DNA of 42,567 bases from positions 1 to 42,567 of the IMG/VR virus record IMGVR_UViG_2534681936_000017; one strand, given 5' to 3'. Positions 28,541 to 38,911 of this stretch are shown here, piece by piece. The notes beneath the pieces were generated by a model. It did no database searches and had not been told where the DNA came from. It was given only the letters and a program-made list of their open reading frames with translations. Position numbers and translations under genes: made by a program. The stretch is from a virus (lineage: Duplodnaviria > Heunggongvirae > Uroviricota > Caudoviricetes). How positions within the stretch are numbered: the first letter of the stretch is position 1; every line of letters starts with the position of its first letter.

Positions 28541-28708
28541 TGTCTGCCTTACAGTGGCATGCCCGAGGCAGACAGCCTCAAGCACCCGCAGCAATTTTAC
28601 TTAACTCCCCTTTTCCCGCAAACCGTTTTTATCCCCAGCGGCAAATCGAATACACCACCAGCGCCACCGCCATTGCGATTCCTGCCGTTGTGAATGCTTC
28701 AGGCCAGG

Positions 28709-29098
28709 TCATCGCAAAACATCCTCCGCGCTTATCAGTTCGTTCCGCTTCAGGTAGTCCATCGCCTTCTCCGGTAATTTGCAGTCTGGATTAGCTTTTT
28801 TCAGTTGACTGACCAGTCGTTTAACCCACATTGTTAATTCGCCAACCTGGTTGCCAGGTGCTGGTGGAGCTGCATATAACGGCACCCACTTTGGCGCTTT
28901 ATCCCCGACCGAACGCTGATACCAGTCACCCGGTTTGTATTCATAAAACTCACCAACCGGCTCTGCCTCCAGCGATGCCAGTGCAATGTTGAATAACTCA
29001 CCCTCTACCCGTGCCAACCCTGAATTGGGGTGGCATTTCGCAATCGCTATTTTTAATTTGGCCTCTTCGATTAATTGCTCTTTGGTTAATTCAGTCAT
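28709..29098 (-). CDS. Hypothetical protein (Nin-region)
   Basis: 129 aa ORF with coherent composition. Confidence 0.5.
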   Translation of the reverse strand: MTELTKEQLIEEAKLKIAIAKCHPNSGLARVEGELFNIALASLEAEPVGEFYEYKPGDWYQRSVGDKAPKWVPLYAAPPAPGNQVGELTMWVKRLVSQLKKANPDCKLPEKAMDYLKRNELISAEDVLR

Positions 29099-29193
29099 TT
29101 TTCATTACCGCCCTTTCGGGCGGCCTCCTGATGATTTGAGGGTGCAGAAATCCCTCCGGTTAAGGATTAAATTTTTAACAGTGCTAAATTTAA

Positions 29194-29550
29194 TTATTCA
29201 GTTCTGGATTTTGTCGCCCTGCGTATCCGCGCTTTCGCGTTACGCTCAATCTGAATTAACTTTTCTATATTTTTCCGCCTTTCCTGTTCTTCCTGGCGCA
29301 ATAGCTTTACATCATCTGCCAGTCTGGTTTCTCTTTTCGCCACAGAGAGCATCCAGTCAAATGGCTCCACAACTGCACCGCAGATTTTACAGCGGACCTG
29401 GCGCTCTTTTTCGTCAACCCGGACAGAAGCGTGATGGCAATATGGTCTTTCCGATGGCTCATAAAGAAAATTAACCTGATTACGAGGGTCATCCTCTTTT
29501 ATCGGAAATAAAACGATATTGCTTAACTCATCCTCTGGTTTTATTTCCAT
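29194..29550 (-). CDS. Hypothetical protein with CxxC motif
   Basis: Start at ATG 29550 with strong RBS AAGGAGAGGAGC; contains YCHH and CKIC. Confidence 0.5.
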   Translation of the reverse strand: MEIKPEDELSNIVLFPIKEDDPRNQVNFLYEPSERPYCHHASVRVDEKERQVRCKICGAVVEPFDWMLSVAKRETRLADDVKLLRQEEQERRKNIEKLIQIERNAKARIRRATKSRTE

Positions 29551-29607
29551 GCTCCTCTCCTTTGATGCGAATGCCAGCGGCAATTGAAGCCTGATAGCTA
29601 ATTTCAC

Positions 29608-30030
29608 TCACAGTACCGCCTCCTGAAAATTACCCTGATAGAAAGCCAGTACACGCTGCATAGCTTCGCTCTTCCGGCACTCGCGACAGATTATATTCAG
29701 ACGCCTGTCGTAGCGGCGTATCTCTCCATCTGGTAATGACCAGATAAGGTCCGGATCAACCACAGATGGTTTCTTCAGCTTTGCCCTGGATAGTTTTTTG
29801 CGGGCGTTTTGCCAGTCCTTACGGGCCTGTTCAGACGGAAATAACCCGTAACCAGAGTTGTATACATCGCCACTGGCAACAAGCTCTCTGGCGAGAACGC
29901 TCATCAGATATCTTGTCGCACCTGTCTTGGCTTCCAGTTGCCGTAACGTCTCGCGCCCACTCCGGCGTACTAGCTCAACAACCTGCCCTTTAATTTTTTC
30001 CCGCTCTTCTTGTGTAAATACTTTTGCCAT
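29608..30030 (-). CDS. Hypothetical protein
   Basis: About 140 aa, translationally coupled to the upstream gene. Confidence 0.45.
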   Translation of the reverse strand: MAKVFTQEEREKIKGQVVELVRRSGRETLRQLEAKTGATRYLMSVLARELVASGDVYNSGYGLFPSEQARKDWQNARKKLSRAKLKKPSVVDPDLIWSLPDGEIRRYDRRLNIICRECRKSEAMQRVLAFYQGNFQEAVL

Positions 30031-30766
30031 AAGCGCCCCCGGCAATCACTTTTCCGACACAATACGACTGGAGGAATCGACAATCTGTCGGACAATATCC
30101 CGGTGCTTGTTCAGCTCCCGCAGCGCGGCGCAGCTCGCGGTTTGCCATATGCAGCGATGGTAAAATCAGGTCATCCGCTTGCATTTCAGTAAACGATGGC
30201 AACGACTGCACAATGTCCGCCACAGTTTCTGTTTTAATATCTTCCTGTGTTGCCGCTTCCTGTACTGGTAACGCAACACCTGCGGGCTGAGGAAAGGCCT
30301 TACCATCAGTTTCCGTTACCGATGCAGCTTTCGGCTCTGCTGGTAAATTATCGCCCGGTATGCAGTAACGAAATTTACCGTTCTGATTTACGCGAATCAG
30401 ACGCCCCTTGCTGATTGCCATTGCCAGCGTTGAAGCTACTTTGCGTGATGTGGTACCGAACAACGCAGCCAGCTCATCCGCCGTTTGTGGTCCGCGTTGT
30501 TCAATCGTCGCGGTTAAATCGCACTCTGAGATTTTCGCTACTGTTGCCGTGGTGGTTTCTTCCGGCTGTTCTTCCGGCGCTGGCTGTTCCTGCTGAACGT
30601 TGTTATCAGCCACACGCCAGGTGTACGCGCTTTTATCAACGAAACCAGCTTTTTTCAGTTCCCATAGTTCGTTCAGCACTTCTTCACGACTGATATCAAG
30701 TCGCGCAGCAAGTTCTATGGATGTGGCTTTTCCCATTGCTTTCAGTGCGTCAAAAACAGTCTCCAT
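29990..30766 (-). CDS. Hypothetical protein with N-terminal winged-helix-like domain and acidic linker
   Basis: Start ATG 30766 (RBS GGGAG); N-terminus [30 protein letters not shown] is HTH-like; directly after the DnaC-like gene (YdaW position). Confidence 0.5.
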   Translation of the reverse strand: METVFDALKAMGKATSIELAARLDISREEVLNELWELKKAGFVDKSAYTWRVADNNVQQEQPAPEEQPEETTTATVAKISECDLTATIEQRGPQTADELAALFGTTSRKVASTLAMAISKGRLIRVNQNGKFRYCIPGDNLPAEPKAASVTETDGKAFPQPAGVALPVQEAATQEDIKTETVADIVQSLPSFTEMQADDLILPSLHMANRELRRAAGAEQAPGYCPTDCRFLQSYCVGKVIAGGAYGKSIYTRRAGKN

Positions 30767-30788
30767 TAAATTTTTCTCCCGGTAAAAA

Positions 30789-31535
30789 TTACTTCGCAAT
30801 TCCTGGCTGGACGACATTCGGACGCCAGCTCTCCCAGTTAAAATTCACCCAGCGTCCGCCGTTCATGGTCATGCGATCCATAACCCGCTCGCCGAGCAAT
30901 GTTTTCATGGCCTCATAGTTCAGGTTTGTCAGCATTCCCACGCTGCGCATCGACGCTGTCCGGCGATCAACAATCTGGTGCAGTACCACCTGCTCGTTTT
31001 TCGTCTCGCGCTGAATGCCAATTTCATCAAGAACCAGCAGATCCACTTCGCACAGTTCCCGCAAAAATTTTTCGCCTGACTGCCCGTCGTCATAGCTGGC
31101 GTGCAGGGCGCTCATAACATCAGCCACGGTAACCACAATCACTGTCTGACCGTCTTTCAGCAGGCGATTCCCGATAGCTGCCGCTAAGTGGTTCTTCCCG
31201 GTACCAGGTTTTCCGCTGAACGCAAAATTTGTACACCCGGACATCAGTTCATCAGCGATGGATTTCGCCTGGCTCAACGCGTATCGCTGACCGTCGTTCT
31301 GCACCTGGTAATTCGCAAACGAGCATTTGCGGTGCAACGGCTGGATGCCAGAGCGATTCAGGATTTTTTCCACCCGCAACTGACGATTCAGGCGGTTGAT
31401 CTCCTCGCTACGTTTCTGGCCTTCAGCAAGTTGCCACTCGCGCCACTCCGCAACCGTTCTGAATGGGGCGGTTACATGTGGTGGGGTCAGTCTGCGAATT
31501 CGCTCCAGAACGCCTCCTGTCGCAATATTTTTCAT
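30789..31535 (-). CDS. DnaC-like helicase loader (AAA+ ATPase)
   Basis: 248 aa; Walker [16 protein letters not shown] and Walker B LLVLDEIG. Confidence 0.8.
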   Translation of the reverse strand: MKNIATGGVLERIRRLTPPHVTAPFRTVAEWREWQLAEGQKRSEEINRLNRQLRVEKILNRSGIQPLHRKCSFANYQVQNDGQRYALSQAKSIADELMSGCTNFAFSGKPGTGKNHLAAAIGNRLLKDGQTVIVVTVADVMSALHASYDDGQSGEKFLRELCEVDLLVLDEIGIQRETKNEQVVLHQIVDRRTASMRSVGMLTNLNYEAMKTLLGERVMDRMTMNGGRWVNFNWESWRPNVVQPGIAK

Positions 31536-31541
31536 GGTCTG

Positions 31542-32324
31542 TTACCCCCTGAAGCCTGGCGGGATCGCACTGTCCGGCAACGAGACGGTGTTAACCTGTC
31601 GGAGCAACGTCTCAGGCCGAACACCTTTCGGCGCGAACAGGCCCTGGTATTCATTGGCGATGCTGTGTCGAATCACCTGCTCAGGTGTAAAACCCTGCTG
31701 ACGGAATTTTTCCAGTTCCCGTATCGCCCCGTTAGCGCCCTGCTCCGTTCGAATCGGTTTTCGCAATGCCTGTCTGAACCGGACCCACTCATGCCAGAGT
31801 GTTTCCGGCAACCAATCGGGCAGCTCAATAGCCTCCGGCTCGAACTTTTTAGACGCTCGTTTTTGCCGAGGGGGATTTAGGGGGAGATCAGTATTTATAT
31901 CTTCCTCTTCCTCTGGTAACGCTTTTTGATCCGTTTGTGTAACGCTGACAGCGTTACCTTTTCGTTTCAGTTCGCGTATTTTTGTTACTCGCTCGTTTGT
32001 AACCGCCCGTTTTTTAGAGCTTTTTCCGTTATGACGTTCAAAGTTAGGTAGAGAAAGCCCACCGTCATTTTCGACCAGCCATCCAACCTGAATTAACGCA
32101 TCAGCAAAACCAGCCATAAAAGTAATGCGATCTATTGCACTTTTTGTAACGCCGCGAGCGTTACAATCTGCGTTACCGTCTATCATTTGTTGATCCGCCC
32201 ATGCCCAGAAGCGAATAACCTTCCCTAATGCGGCATCTGGATCAATATTCAGAATCTCAGCAAGCCTGAATATTTCCGGCTTATCCGGCGTAATAACCTC
32301 GAGCTTTATCCAGTTTGAAGCCAT
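31542..32324 (-). CDS. Replication initiator / replisome organiser (O-like, putative)
   Basis: 260 aa immediately upstream of the DnaC-like gene; basic C-terminal half. Confidence 0.6.
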   Translation of the reverse strand: MASNWIKLEVITPDKPEIFRLAEILNIDPDAALGKVIRFWAWADQQMIDGNADCNARGVTKSAIDRITFMAGFADALIQVGWLVENDGGLSLPNFERHNGKSSKKRAVTNERVTKIRELKRKGNAVSVTQTDQKALPEEEEDINTDLPLNPPRQKRASKKFEPEAIELPDWLPETLWHEWVRFRQALRKPIRTEQGANGAIRELEKFRQQGFTPEQVIRHSIANEYQGLFAPKGVRPETLLRQVNTVSLPDSAIPPGFRG

Positions 32325-32401
32325 TTGTTTTCACCTTGTAACGCTCACAGCGTTACATTTAACTGATACCGAACAAAACAATCCGGCACGATTAATTTCA
32401 A

Positions 32402-32824
32402 TCAATGCACTACGACAGAATCGCCGGGCGACCCACCACCGCTGAAATGTGCTTTCCGGTAAACGGCCTGGACTGCATCATCATGCGCATCAATTGCCGT
32501 ACTCAACGCTTCCTGCGCCGCCAGTAATGCACGGCGTTCCAGGGTATCGAAGATGCAGAGTCGGTGACGCAGCTCGCGCGGAAGAATTGCCAGAACCGCA
32601 GGGATCAGTTTCTGAATTTTTTCCCTTTGCGCTTTCGTTTCACCTTTCAACCAACGGTGATAGATATTCTGCTGATTGTTCCAGTCCTTGCCTGGTACCA
32701 GGGGCAATTCGCCGCCCCCCTGGCGCAGATATTCTTCAGTAATTGCGTTAGCGACCCACGCCTGCCCTTTTTCGGCTGCCAGGGCTAACAACACTGATTC
32801 GATGTGCTCATGCCTGATTTTCAT
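32402..32824 (-). CDS. YdaT-like protein (Rac-type cII-position gene)
   Basis: 140 aa directly after the Cro-like gene, overlapping its stop. Confidence 0.5.
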   Translation of the reverse strand: MKIRHEHIESVLLALAAEKGQAWVANAITEEYLRQGGGELPLVPGKDWNNQQNIYHRWLKGETKAQREKIQKLIPAVLAILPRELRHRLCIFDTLERRALLAAQEALSTAIDAHDDAVQAVYRKAHFSGGGSPGDSVVVH

Positions 32825-33063
32825 GAATCAACCGCTCCTATGCTGTTTTCGCTATGCTTACCGTCTGGGGGGAATACATCGTCAAGTCCACAATGAGCGC
32901 CAAGCCGATTAAGGGTAGAAACAATTTTTCTGCACTCCTCTAGTCCTGGGGTACGAAAATTTGCTTCGTAATTTGCCAGTCGGCTTTGTATCCACCCTAA
33001 CTGAACAGCGAGTTGTCTTTGAGACAACCCAAGCTGTTTTCGATATGTTGAAATTTTGTTCAT
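32821..33063 (-). CDS. Cro-like HTH regulator (YdaS-like)
   Basis: 80 aa; HTH QLGLSQRQLAVQLGWIQSRLANYE; divergent from the repressor gene. Confidence 0.7.
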   Translation of the reverse strand: MNKISTYRKQLGLSQRQLAVQLGWIQSRLANYEANFRTPGLEECRKIVSTLNRLGAHCGLDDVFPPDGKHSENSIGAVDS

Positions 33064-33087
33064 TGAAAACCTCCGATGACAATTTTA

Positions 33088-33148
33088 AACACACCTTGTG
33101 TTATATGGTCAAGCTGTTTTGTGTTTTATGTAAATCACGATTCGTGAT
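33088..33148. promoter_or_regulatory. Operator/promoter region: palindromes AACACACCTTGTGTT (33088-33102) and ATCACGATTCGTGAT (33134-33148)
   Basis: Two dyad-symmetric sites in the 96-bp divergent intergenic region between the Cro-like and CI-like genes. Confidence 0.45.
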
Positions 33149-33159
33149 ACAAGGATGCA

Positions 33160-33579
33160 ATGGAAAAAGAAAACGAAAAAATTGCCGCTAGTAGGCTCAA
33201 TGACAAAATTGCAATGCGTCTTAAAGAGCGCAGGCAGAAGCTTGGTTTATCTCAAGGAAAACTTGCTGAAATCTGCGGATGGACGCAATCGCGTATAGGT
33301 AACTATGAGGCGGGCAGCAGAAATGTTGGAGTGCATGACGCTGTCGTATTGGGAAAGGCACTTGGCATATCTCCCCCTGAGCTCCTCTTTGGAGAACAGG
33401 AATCTTCTGAATTGTGGTTAAATGAATCCCAACGAAAACTTCTTGAGTTGTTTAACCAGCTACCGGGCTCAGAACAACAACGAATGATTGAGCTATTTGA
33501 AGTCCGGCTAAAAGAAATCGATGAGTATGTAGAAAAATATTTGAGAGGCAGGCTTAAAGATAATCCCCCACCGGAGTAA
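33160..33579 (+). CDS. CI-like prophage repressor (XRE-family HTH, RacR-like)
   Basis: 139 aa; HTH LGLSQGKLAEICGWTQSRIGNYEAG; divergent from cro-like gene; own terminator downstream. Confidence 0.75.
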   Translation: MEKENEKIAASRLNDKIAMRLKERRQKLGLSQGKLAEICGWTQSRIGNYEAGSRNVGVHDAVVLGKALGISPPELLFGEQESSELWLNESQRKLLELFNQLPGSEQQRMIELFEVRLKEIDEYVEKYLRGRLKDNPPPE

Positions 33580-33608
33580 TGATCTTGCTATCACAGTAAT
33601 ATGCCAAT

Positions 33609-33634
33609 CAGCCCGCTATCAGCGGGCTTTTTTG
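33609..33634 (+). terminator. Rho-independent terminator after the repressor gene
   Basis: gcccgct-atc-agcgggc hairpin followed by TTTTTTG. Confidence 0.6.
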
Positions 33635-33884
33635 TACCATCATCATATGACACTCACCACAAAACACATTTCGTGTTGACATAAGAAAACGCATTGTGTT
33701 TAATAAGCATATCCAAACAACGCCCCACCAGAGAACGGCAGGACAATACCTCGAGTTATCCAGCCACTGAACAGGGCTAAGTAGCCAGCCTGAGGCATAC
33801 GAACATGACGGCAGTTGTTGATTGATACAAAGCGCAGTAGATAAAACGTTCCGCCACCCGGCGTTAAGGGGAAATGAGGTCAAC

Positions 33885-34040
33885 ATGGATACTATCGATC
33901 TTGGCAACAACGAATCTCTGGTATGTGGCGTGTTTCCCAATCAGGACGGCACATTCACCGCCATGACGTATACCAAAAGCAAAACGTTTAAAACCGAAGC
34001 TGGCGCACGTCGTTGGTTGGGAAGACATTCAGGTGAGTAA
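33885..34040 (+). CDS. Small protein (YdaF-like, 51 aa)
   Basis: ATG 33885 with RBS GAGG; MDTIDLGNNESLVCGVFPNQDG... Confidence 0.4.
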   Translation: MDTIDLGNNESLVCGVFPNQDGTFTAMTYTKSKTFKTEAGARRWLGRHSGE

Positions 34041-34041
34041 A

Positions 34042-34245
34042 ATGAACGAGACAGAATTAAAACACGTTATCGCTCTACTCCTGGAAGATGCAAAACGCCT
34101 CCAGCAACTGGAGCCAAATGCAGGCACTGGGGCACGCATCTGGCTGGCTAAAGAAGCACTGGAATCTGGCGATTATGATAGCGAAGAAGCCTTCTACAAA
34201 GCAGAAGGCCGTGCAGGATATTCACCGGGTCTTGGCGGGGTATAA
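34042..34245 (+). CDS. Small acidic hypothetical protein (67 aa)
   Basis: ATG 34042 with RBS AGGTGA; 3' end overlaps the convergent minus-strand gene by 24 bp. Confidence 0.4.
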   Translation: MNETELKHVIALLLEDAKRLQQLEPNAGTGARIWLAKEALESGDYDSEEAFYKAEGRAGYSPGLGGV

Positions 34246-34512
34246 ATACCATGCGCATTGACTGAATTCGCAAACAAAAACAGACGCGCGATACCTGGAT
34301 AGTCGGTCTGCATAGTCAGATATCTGGCTGCGAATTTGATAAATATCACCGCCCTTTTCGGAAACATAAGTTCCGTCCGGGAGTTGATTATACGAACCAT
34401 CTCCATGGGGGATCGTTCTCCTGAATCCTAGTGAGAGCATATATTTATGAAGCCCTTCGTAATCCTCTGGCTCAGCATTATATAGTTCTACTCTGGCGAG
34501 ATACGTTGGCAT
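34222..34512 (-). CDS. VapD/Cas2-like small protein (putative endoribonuclease fold), antisense moron in the sieB position
   Basis: 96 aa from ATG 34512 (RBS AAGGAA, 6-nt spacing). Pattern TYLARVEL...YEGLHKYMLSLGF...HGDGSY resembles the VapD beta1-alpha1-beta2 N-terminus. Weak, motif-level inference. Confidence 0.35.
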   Translation of the reverse strand: MPTYLARVELYNAEPEDYEGLHKYMLSLGFRRTIPHGDGSYNQLPDGTYVSEKGGDIYQIRSQISDYADRLSRYRASVFVCEFSQCAWYLYPAKTR

Positions 34513-34750
34513 ATTCATTTCCTTACTGGTTGTGTGAGAACTTCAGTAAAGATACCACCAAAGCCCGGAGGTGGTGAAATAAAACCGGGCACAACACGAA
34601 GGCGCATTTCCGGTATTCATAAAGAGTCGGTCTTGTCTGTTAAATTTAAATGGTGGGAGTGCGCCTCCGGTTGTAAATAACGACATTGCTGTGTGTAGTC
34701 TTTAGCGGCATCAGTTCTACTCCGTGGCTGCCCTGCCGCCCCTTTTTAAA

Positions 34751-34892
34751 GTGAATTTTGTGATGCGGTGAATGCGGCTAAGCGCACGCGGCACAGTTAA
34801 AAGCATCAGTGTTATGGGTGGATTATCCGGCGTTAATTGTTAACTGGTTAACGTCACCTGGAGGCACCAGGCACCGCATCGACAAAATTCAT
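34751..34892. repeat. Inverted repeat pair (about 20 bp arms, 19/20 with one indel) flanking a 100-bp spacer upstream of kilR
   Basis: gtgaattttgtgatgcggtg (34751-34770) versus reverse complement of caccgcatcgacaaaattcat (34872-34892); right arm ends 20 nt before the kilR RBS. Confidence 0.5.
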
Positions 34893-34912
34893 TTGTAAAA
34901 ATGGAGATAATT

Positions 34913-35134
34913 ATGATTGCTCATCACTTCGGAACTGATGAAATACCACGTCAGTGTGTGACCCCTGGCGATTATGTTCTTCATGAAGGTCGGACATATA
35001 TCGCCTCGGCAAACAATATTAAAAAGCGAAAACTTTATATTCGTAGCCTGACTACAAAAACATGCATTTCTGACTGCATGATTAAAGTCTTCCTCGGTCG
35101 TGATGGTTTACCTGTAAAGGCGGAGTCATGGTAA
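34913..35134 (+). CDS. kilR: KilR-like host-killing protein (cell division inhibitor)
   Basis: 73 aa from ATG 34913 (RBS GGAGA); [26 protein letters not shown]... matches Rac KilR as recalled. Confidence 0.65.
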   Translation: MIAHHFGTDEIPRQCVTPGDYVLHEGRTYIASANNIKKRKLYIRSLTTKTCISDCMIKVFLGRDGLPVKAESW

Positions 35135-35304
35135 TGACTAAGAAAATAAAATGTGCTTATCACCTTTGCAATAAAGAAATTGAAGAAAGCAAAATCATTA
35201 CAAGACCACTTCATTTCATGCGTGGAGTTATACCAACGACGGAAATGAAAAAATATTGTAGTGAAATCTGTGCCGAAAAAGACCAGATGGCACACGAACT
35301 TTAA
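35134..35304 (+). CDS. YdaE-like small zinc-ribbon protein
   Basis: 56 aa, not in the ORF track (below size cut-off); [18 protein letters not shown]...CSEICAEKDQMAHEL; ATG overlaps kilR stop. Confidence 0.5.
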   Translation: MTKKIKCAYHLCNKEIEESKIITRPLHFMRGVIPTTEMKKYCSEICAEKDQMAHEL

Positions 35305-35378
35305 TTAACTGACTATCCGAAACTGAATTTATGCCAGCAATGGCAGGGATTCGCTCAACCTTAATTAAGGAGAAAAAC

Positions 35379-35654
35379 ATGATTACCAGTTATGAAGCCA
35401 CTGTTGTTACTACTGATGACATTGTTCACGAAGTCAGCCTGGAAGGAAAGCGTATTGGCTACGTGATTAAGACAGAAAATAAAGAAACCCCATTCACTGT
35501 GGTTGATATCGACGGTCCATCAGGCAACGTTAAAACACTTAACGATGGTGTTAAAAAAATGTGTCTGGTGCACATAGGAAAGAATCTGCCCGCAGAAAAA
35601 AAAGCCGAATTTCTGGCAACTCTGATTGCAATGAAATTAAAAGGTGAAATCTGA
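35379..35654 (+). CDS. RacC-like protein
   Basis: 91 aa from ATG 35379 (RBS AAGGAGA); immediately upstream of recE-like gene. Confidence 0.5.
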   Translation: MITSYEATVVTTDDIVHEVSLEGKRIGYVIKTENKETPFTVVDIDGPSGNVKTLNDGVKKMCLVHIGKNLPAEKKAEFLATLIAMKLKGEI

Positions 35655-35753
35655 AAAAAAGAAAGCCTGCACACTGTGCAGGCCTGAGTGAAGAACCTGG
35701 GACATTTATTCATCACTCGCAGTAATTTTAATCTGAGTTGAGGTTAAAAAACA

Positions 35754-38700
35754 ATGAGCACCGATAAACAAGTTTACCCACTGTATTACGAAGCAAAAAA
35801 TGACAAAGTAAGAAAACGTCTCGGTATTAAAGGCGGTTTCTACTGGGCTGAAGCGAAAAAATTATCCATTGCCATCTCCCGTGGTGCTGTTGCGATTGAC
35901 GATGCTGGCTACGATGAAGATGACTTTAAAAAACCTGTTCGCGTCAATTTGCCCGTTGTTGATGACCTTCCACCAGAAGGCGTATTTGATACGGAATTCT
36001 GCAACCGTTACGAAAAAGGCGGGGAAGATGGCATCACAATGGTATTTATCGCGCCCTCATCCTCTGCGCAGGACAAACCAGCCAGCACTGACAATACCAA
36101 TGTTAATGGCGAAGACATGACTGAGATTGAGGAGAATATGCTACTCCCGATTTCTGACCAAGAGCTGCCCATTCGCTGGCTTGCTCAACACGGCAGCGAA
36201 AAACCGGTAACGCACGTTTCACGCGACGAACTCCAGACATTACATATTGCACGGGCTGAAGAACTACCAGCTGTTACTGCCCTGGCTGTTTCCCACAAAA
36301 CCAGCCTGCTCGACCCGCTGGAGATTCGCGATCTTCACAGACTGGTTCGTGATACTGACAAAGTTTTCCCTAATCCAGGCAATTCAAGTCTGGGGCTGAT
36401 GACTGCTTTTTTCGAAGCATACCTGGACGCAGACTACACCGATCGCGGTCTGCTGACAAAAGAGTGGATGAAAGGAAATCGTGTTTCACGCATCACTCGC
36501 ACGGCTTCCGGTGCTAATGCTGGCGGCGGGAACCTCACCGATCGCGGCGAAGGTTTCGTCCACGATCTGACGTCACTGGCACGCGATGTAGCCACTGGCG
36601 TACTGGCCCGTTCAATGGACGTGGACATTTATAACCTTCATCCGGCACACGCTAAACGTGTCGAGGAAATTATCGCTGAAAATAAACCGCCCTTTTCTGT
36701 TTTCCGCGACAAATTCATCGCCATGCCTGGCGGGCTGGATTATTCCCGCGCCATCGTGGTTGCGTCCGTAAAAGAAGCACCAATTGGGATCGAGGTTATC
36801 CCCGCACACGTCACTGAATATCTGAACAAAGTACTGACTGAAACCGATCATGCCAACCCTGATCCGGAAATCGTAGATATTGCCTGCGGTCGCTCCTCTG
36901 CCCCGATGCCGCAGCGGGTAACAGAAGAAGAAAAACAGGATGATGAAGAAAAACCGCAACCATCTTGCGCAATGGCAGATGAACAGGCAACGGCTGAAAC
37001 AGTGGAACCGGATGCAACTGAACATCATCAGGACACGCAGCCGCTGGATGCTCAGTCACAGGTAAATTCTGTTGATGCGAAATATCAGAAACTGCGGGCA
37101 GAACTCCATGAAGCCCGGAAAACCATTCCGCCCAAAAATCCTGTCGATGCCGACAAATTGCTGGCTGCCTCTCGCGGAGAATTTGTTGAGGGGATTAGCG
37201 ACCCGAATGATCCGAAATGGGTGAAGGGGATTGAAACCCGCGATTCAGTGAACCAGAACCAACAAGAATCGGAACAGAACGACCAGAAAGCGGAACAAAA
37301 CAGCCCAAATGCGTTACAAAACGAGCCAGAAACGAAACAGCCTGAACCAGTGGCGCAACAGGAAGTGGAAAAAGTTTGCAATGCCTGCGGTCAGTCTGGC
37401 GGGGATAACTGCCCTGACTGTGGTGCGGTGATGGGCGACGCAACATATCAGGAAACATTCGATGACGAGAATCAGGTTGAAGTTCGGGAAAATGAGCCGG
37501 AGAAAATGGAAGGCGCTGAACATCCGCACAATGAGAATGCTGACAGCGATCCGCATCGCAATTGCAGTGATGAAACTGGCGAAGCGTCAGCTCCTGTAGC
37601 AACTGAAATCATGTGGCCGTCATATTTCGAGCCAGGCCGCTATGAAAACCTCCCGAACGAGGTTTATCACTCCGCCAACGGAATAAGCAGCACGATGCTG
37701 AAGGATGCCCGTATCAGCCTGATGTATTACCACGGGCGGCACATTGCCGGAACTATTCCGAACGAGGAAAGTGATGCACTGCTGCGTGGGCGGATCATTC
37801 ACAGCTATGTTCTGGAAACGGATAAATTCGCTGATGAATATGCCATTCCGGTACCGGTTCCTGAATATGTGGTTACTACTTCTAACGAACTGATCGCCAT
37901 CATTAAAAAACACAATGCCAGTCTGCCAGCACTGATGACACCAGAGCAGATGAAAGAGTGGATCGAAAGCTACAACAGCACTCTTATACAGCCACTGTCT
38001 GTAAGTGCTGGGGCCGAAGAAACAGGCATCCTTTACGGTTCGCTTCCGGTGGAATTTCGGCGTATTCCTGAGGGGGAAAAACACACAGCATCAGCAATGA
38101 AAGCCTGTATTAAAGAATACAACGCAAGCCTCCCTCCTCTGTTGAAAACCAGTGGAGCACGGGAGCAGCTTCTGGATCAAATTGAAACTGTAGATCCAGA
38201 ACTGGCAAAAAAAGAACGTGCTAAATCTTTGCCTTACAACATCAGTGGCACAAAAGAGCAATTAACCGAAATCGCACGGAAAATTCGCCCGGAACTGGTG
38301 ACACTGGAGGACTGGCAAAAACGCCAGCAAGAAGAAAACGCCGGGAAAACGTTTATCAGTCCGGATATGTATGAACAGGCAAAAAATATTCACGCGGCAC
38401 TGCAAAACAATACCGATGCAGCAAGGCTACTCAACCACCCGGATCGCAAATCTGAAATCAGCTATTTCGGGTTTGATGAAGAAACCGGGCTGGAAATCAG
38501 GGTCCGTCCTGATATCGAAATCCGGCTGCCATACGAAAGCATTTGCGCTGACGTGAAGTCAGTCAGCCTCGGTTATGTGCGGCAGGAACGACTTAAAGAT
38601 CGCCTGCACCGTGAAATTATTGAGCGTGATTATCACCTCAGCGCCGCAATGTATTGCGATGTGGCAAACCTGGACAAATTTTTCTGGATCTTCGTCAACA

Positions 38701-38900
38701 AAGATGCTGGCTATCACTGGGTGGCAGTCGTGGAAGCCTCGCAGGAACTCCTTGAACTTGGTCGACAGGAATATCGCCGGACGCTACACCAGATAAACGA
38801 AGCGCTGGAGACAAACAACTGGCCAGCACCGATTACCGAAAGTTATACCGACGAATTAAACGACTTTGATCTTCGTCGTCTTGAAGCACTGAGCATCTGA
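35754..38900 (+). CDS. recE: RecE-family exonuclease (exonuclease VIII-like), mosaic with a divergent C-terminal nuclease domain
   Basis: 1048 aa; central region ([16 protein letters not shown]...[12 protein letters not shown]...[18 protein letters not shown]) matches K-12 RecE as recalled; the C-terminal about 400 aa differ from K-12 RecE. Confidence 0.8.
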   Translation: MSTDKQVYPLYYEAKNDKVRKRLGIKGGFYWAEAKKLSIAISRGAVAIDDAGYDEDDFKKPVRVNLPVVDDLPPEGVFDTEFCNRYEKGGEDGITMVFIAPSSSAQDKPASTDNTNVNGEDMTEIEENMLLPISDQELPIRWLAQHGSEKPVTHVSRDELQTLHIARAEELPAVTALAVSHKTSLLDPLEIRDLHRLVRDTDKVFPNPGNSSLGLMTAFFEAYLDADYTDRGLLTKEWMKGNRVSRITRTASGANAGGGNLTDRGEGFVHDLTSLARDVATGVLARSMDVDIYNLHPAHAKRVEEIIAENKPPFSVFRDKFIAMPGGLDYSRAIVVASVKEAPIGIEVIPAHVTEYLNKVLTETDHANPDPEIVDIACGRSSAPMPQRVTEEEKQDDEEKPQPSCAMADEQATAETVEPDATEHHQDTQPLDAQSQVNSVDAKYQKLRAELHEARKTIPPKNPVDADKLLAASRGEFVEGISDPNDPKWVKGIETRDSVNQNQQESEQNDQKAEQNSPNALQNEPETKQPEPVAQQEVEKVCNACGQSGGDNCPDCGAVMGDATYQETFDDENQVEVRENEPEKMEGAEHPHNENADSDPHRNCSDETGEASAPVATEIMWPSYFEPGRYENLPNEVYHSANGISSTMLKDARISLMYYHGRHIAGTIPNEESDALLRGRIIHSYVLETDKFADEYAIPVPVPEYVVTTSNELIAIIKKHNASLPALMTPEQMKEWIESYNSTLIQPLSVSAGAEETGILYGSLPVEFRRIPEGEKHTASAMKACIKEYNASLPPLLKTSGAREQLLDQIETVDPELAKKERAKSLPYNISGTKEQLTEIARKIRPELVTLEDWQKRQQEENAGKTFISPDMYEQAKNIHAALQNNTDAARLLNHPDRKSEISYFGFDEETGLEIRVRPDIEIRLPYESICADVKSVSLGYVRQERLKDRLHREIIERDYHLSAAMYCDVANLDKFFWIFVNKDAGYHWVAVVEASQELLELGRQEYRRTLHQINEALETNNWPAPITESYTDELNDFDLRRLEALSI

Positions 38901-38911
38901 GGAAGGACACA

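Noticed and set aside
33608-33940. 110-aa minus-strand ORF
   Set aside because: Overlaps the repressor terminator and the plus-strand small gene; Cys/Trp-rich junk composition.
36612-38084. Several minus-strand ORFs (138, 135, 154 aa) inside recE
   Set aside because: Antisense to a strongly supported 1048-aa gene; Cys/Phe/Arg-rich shadow ORFs.
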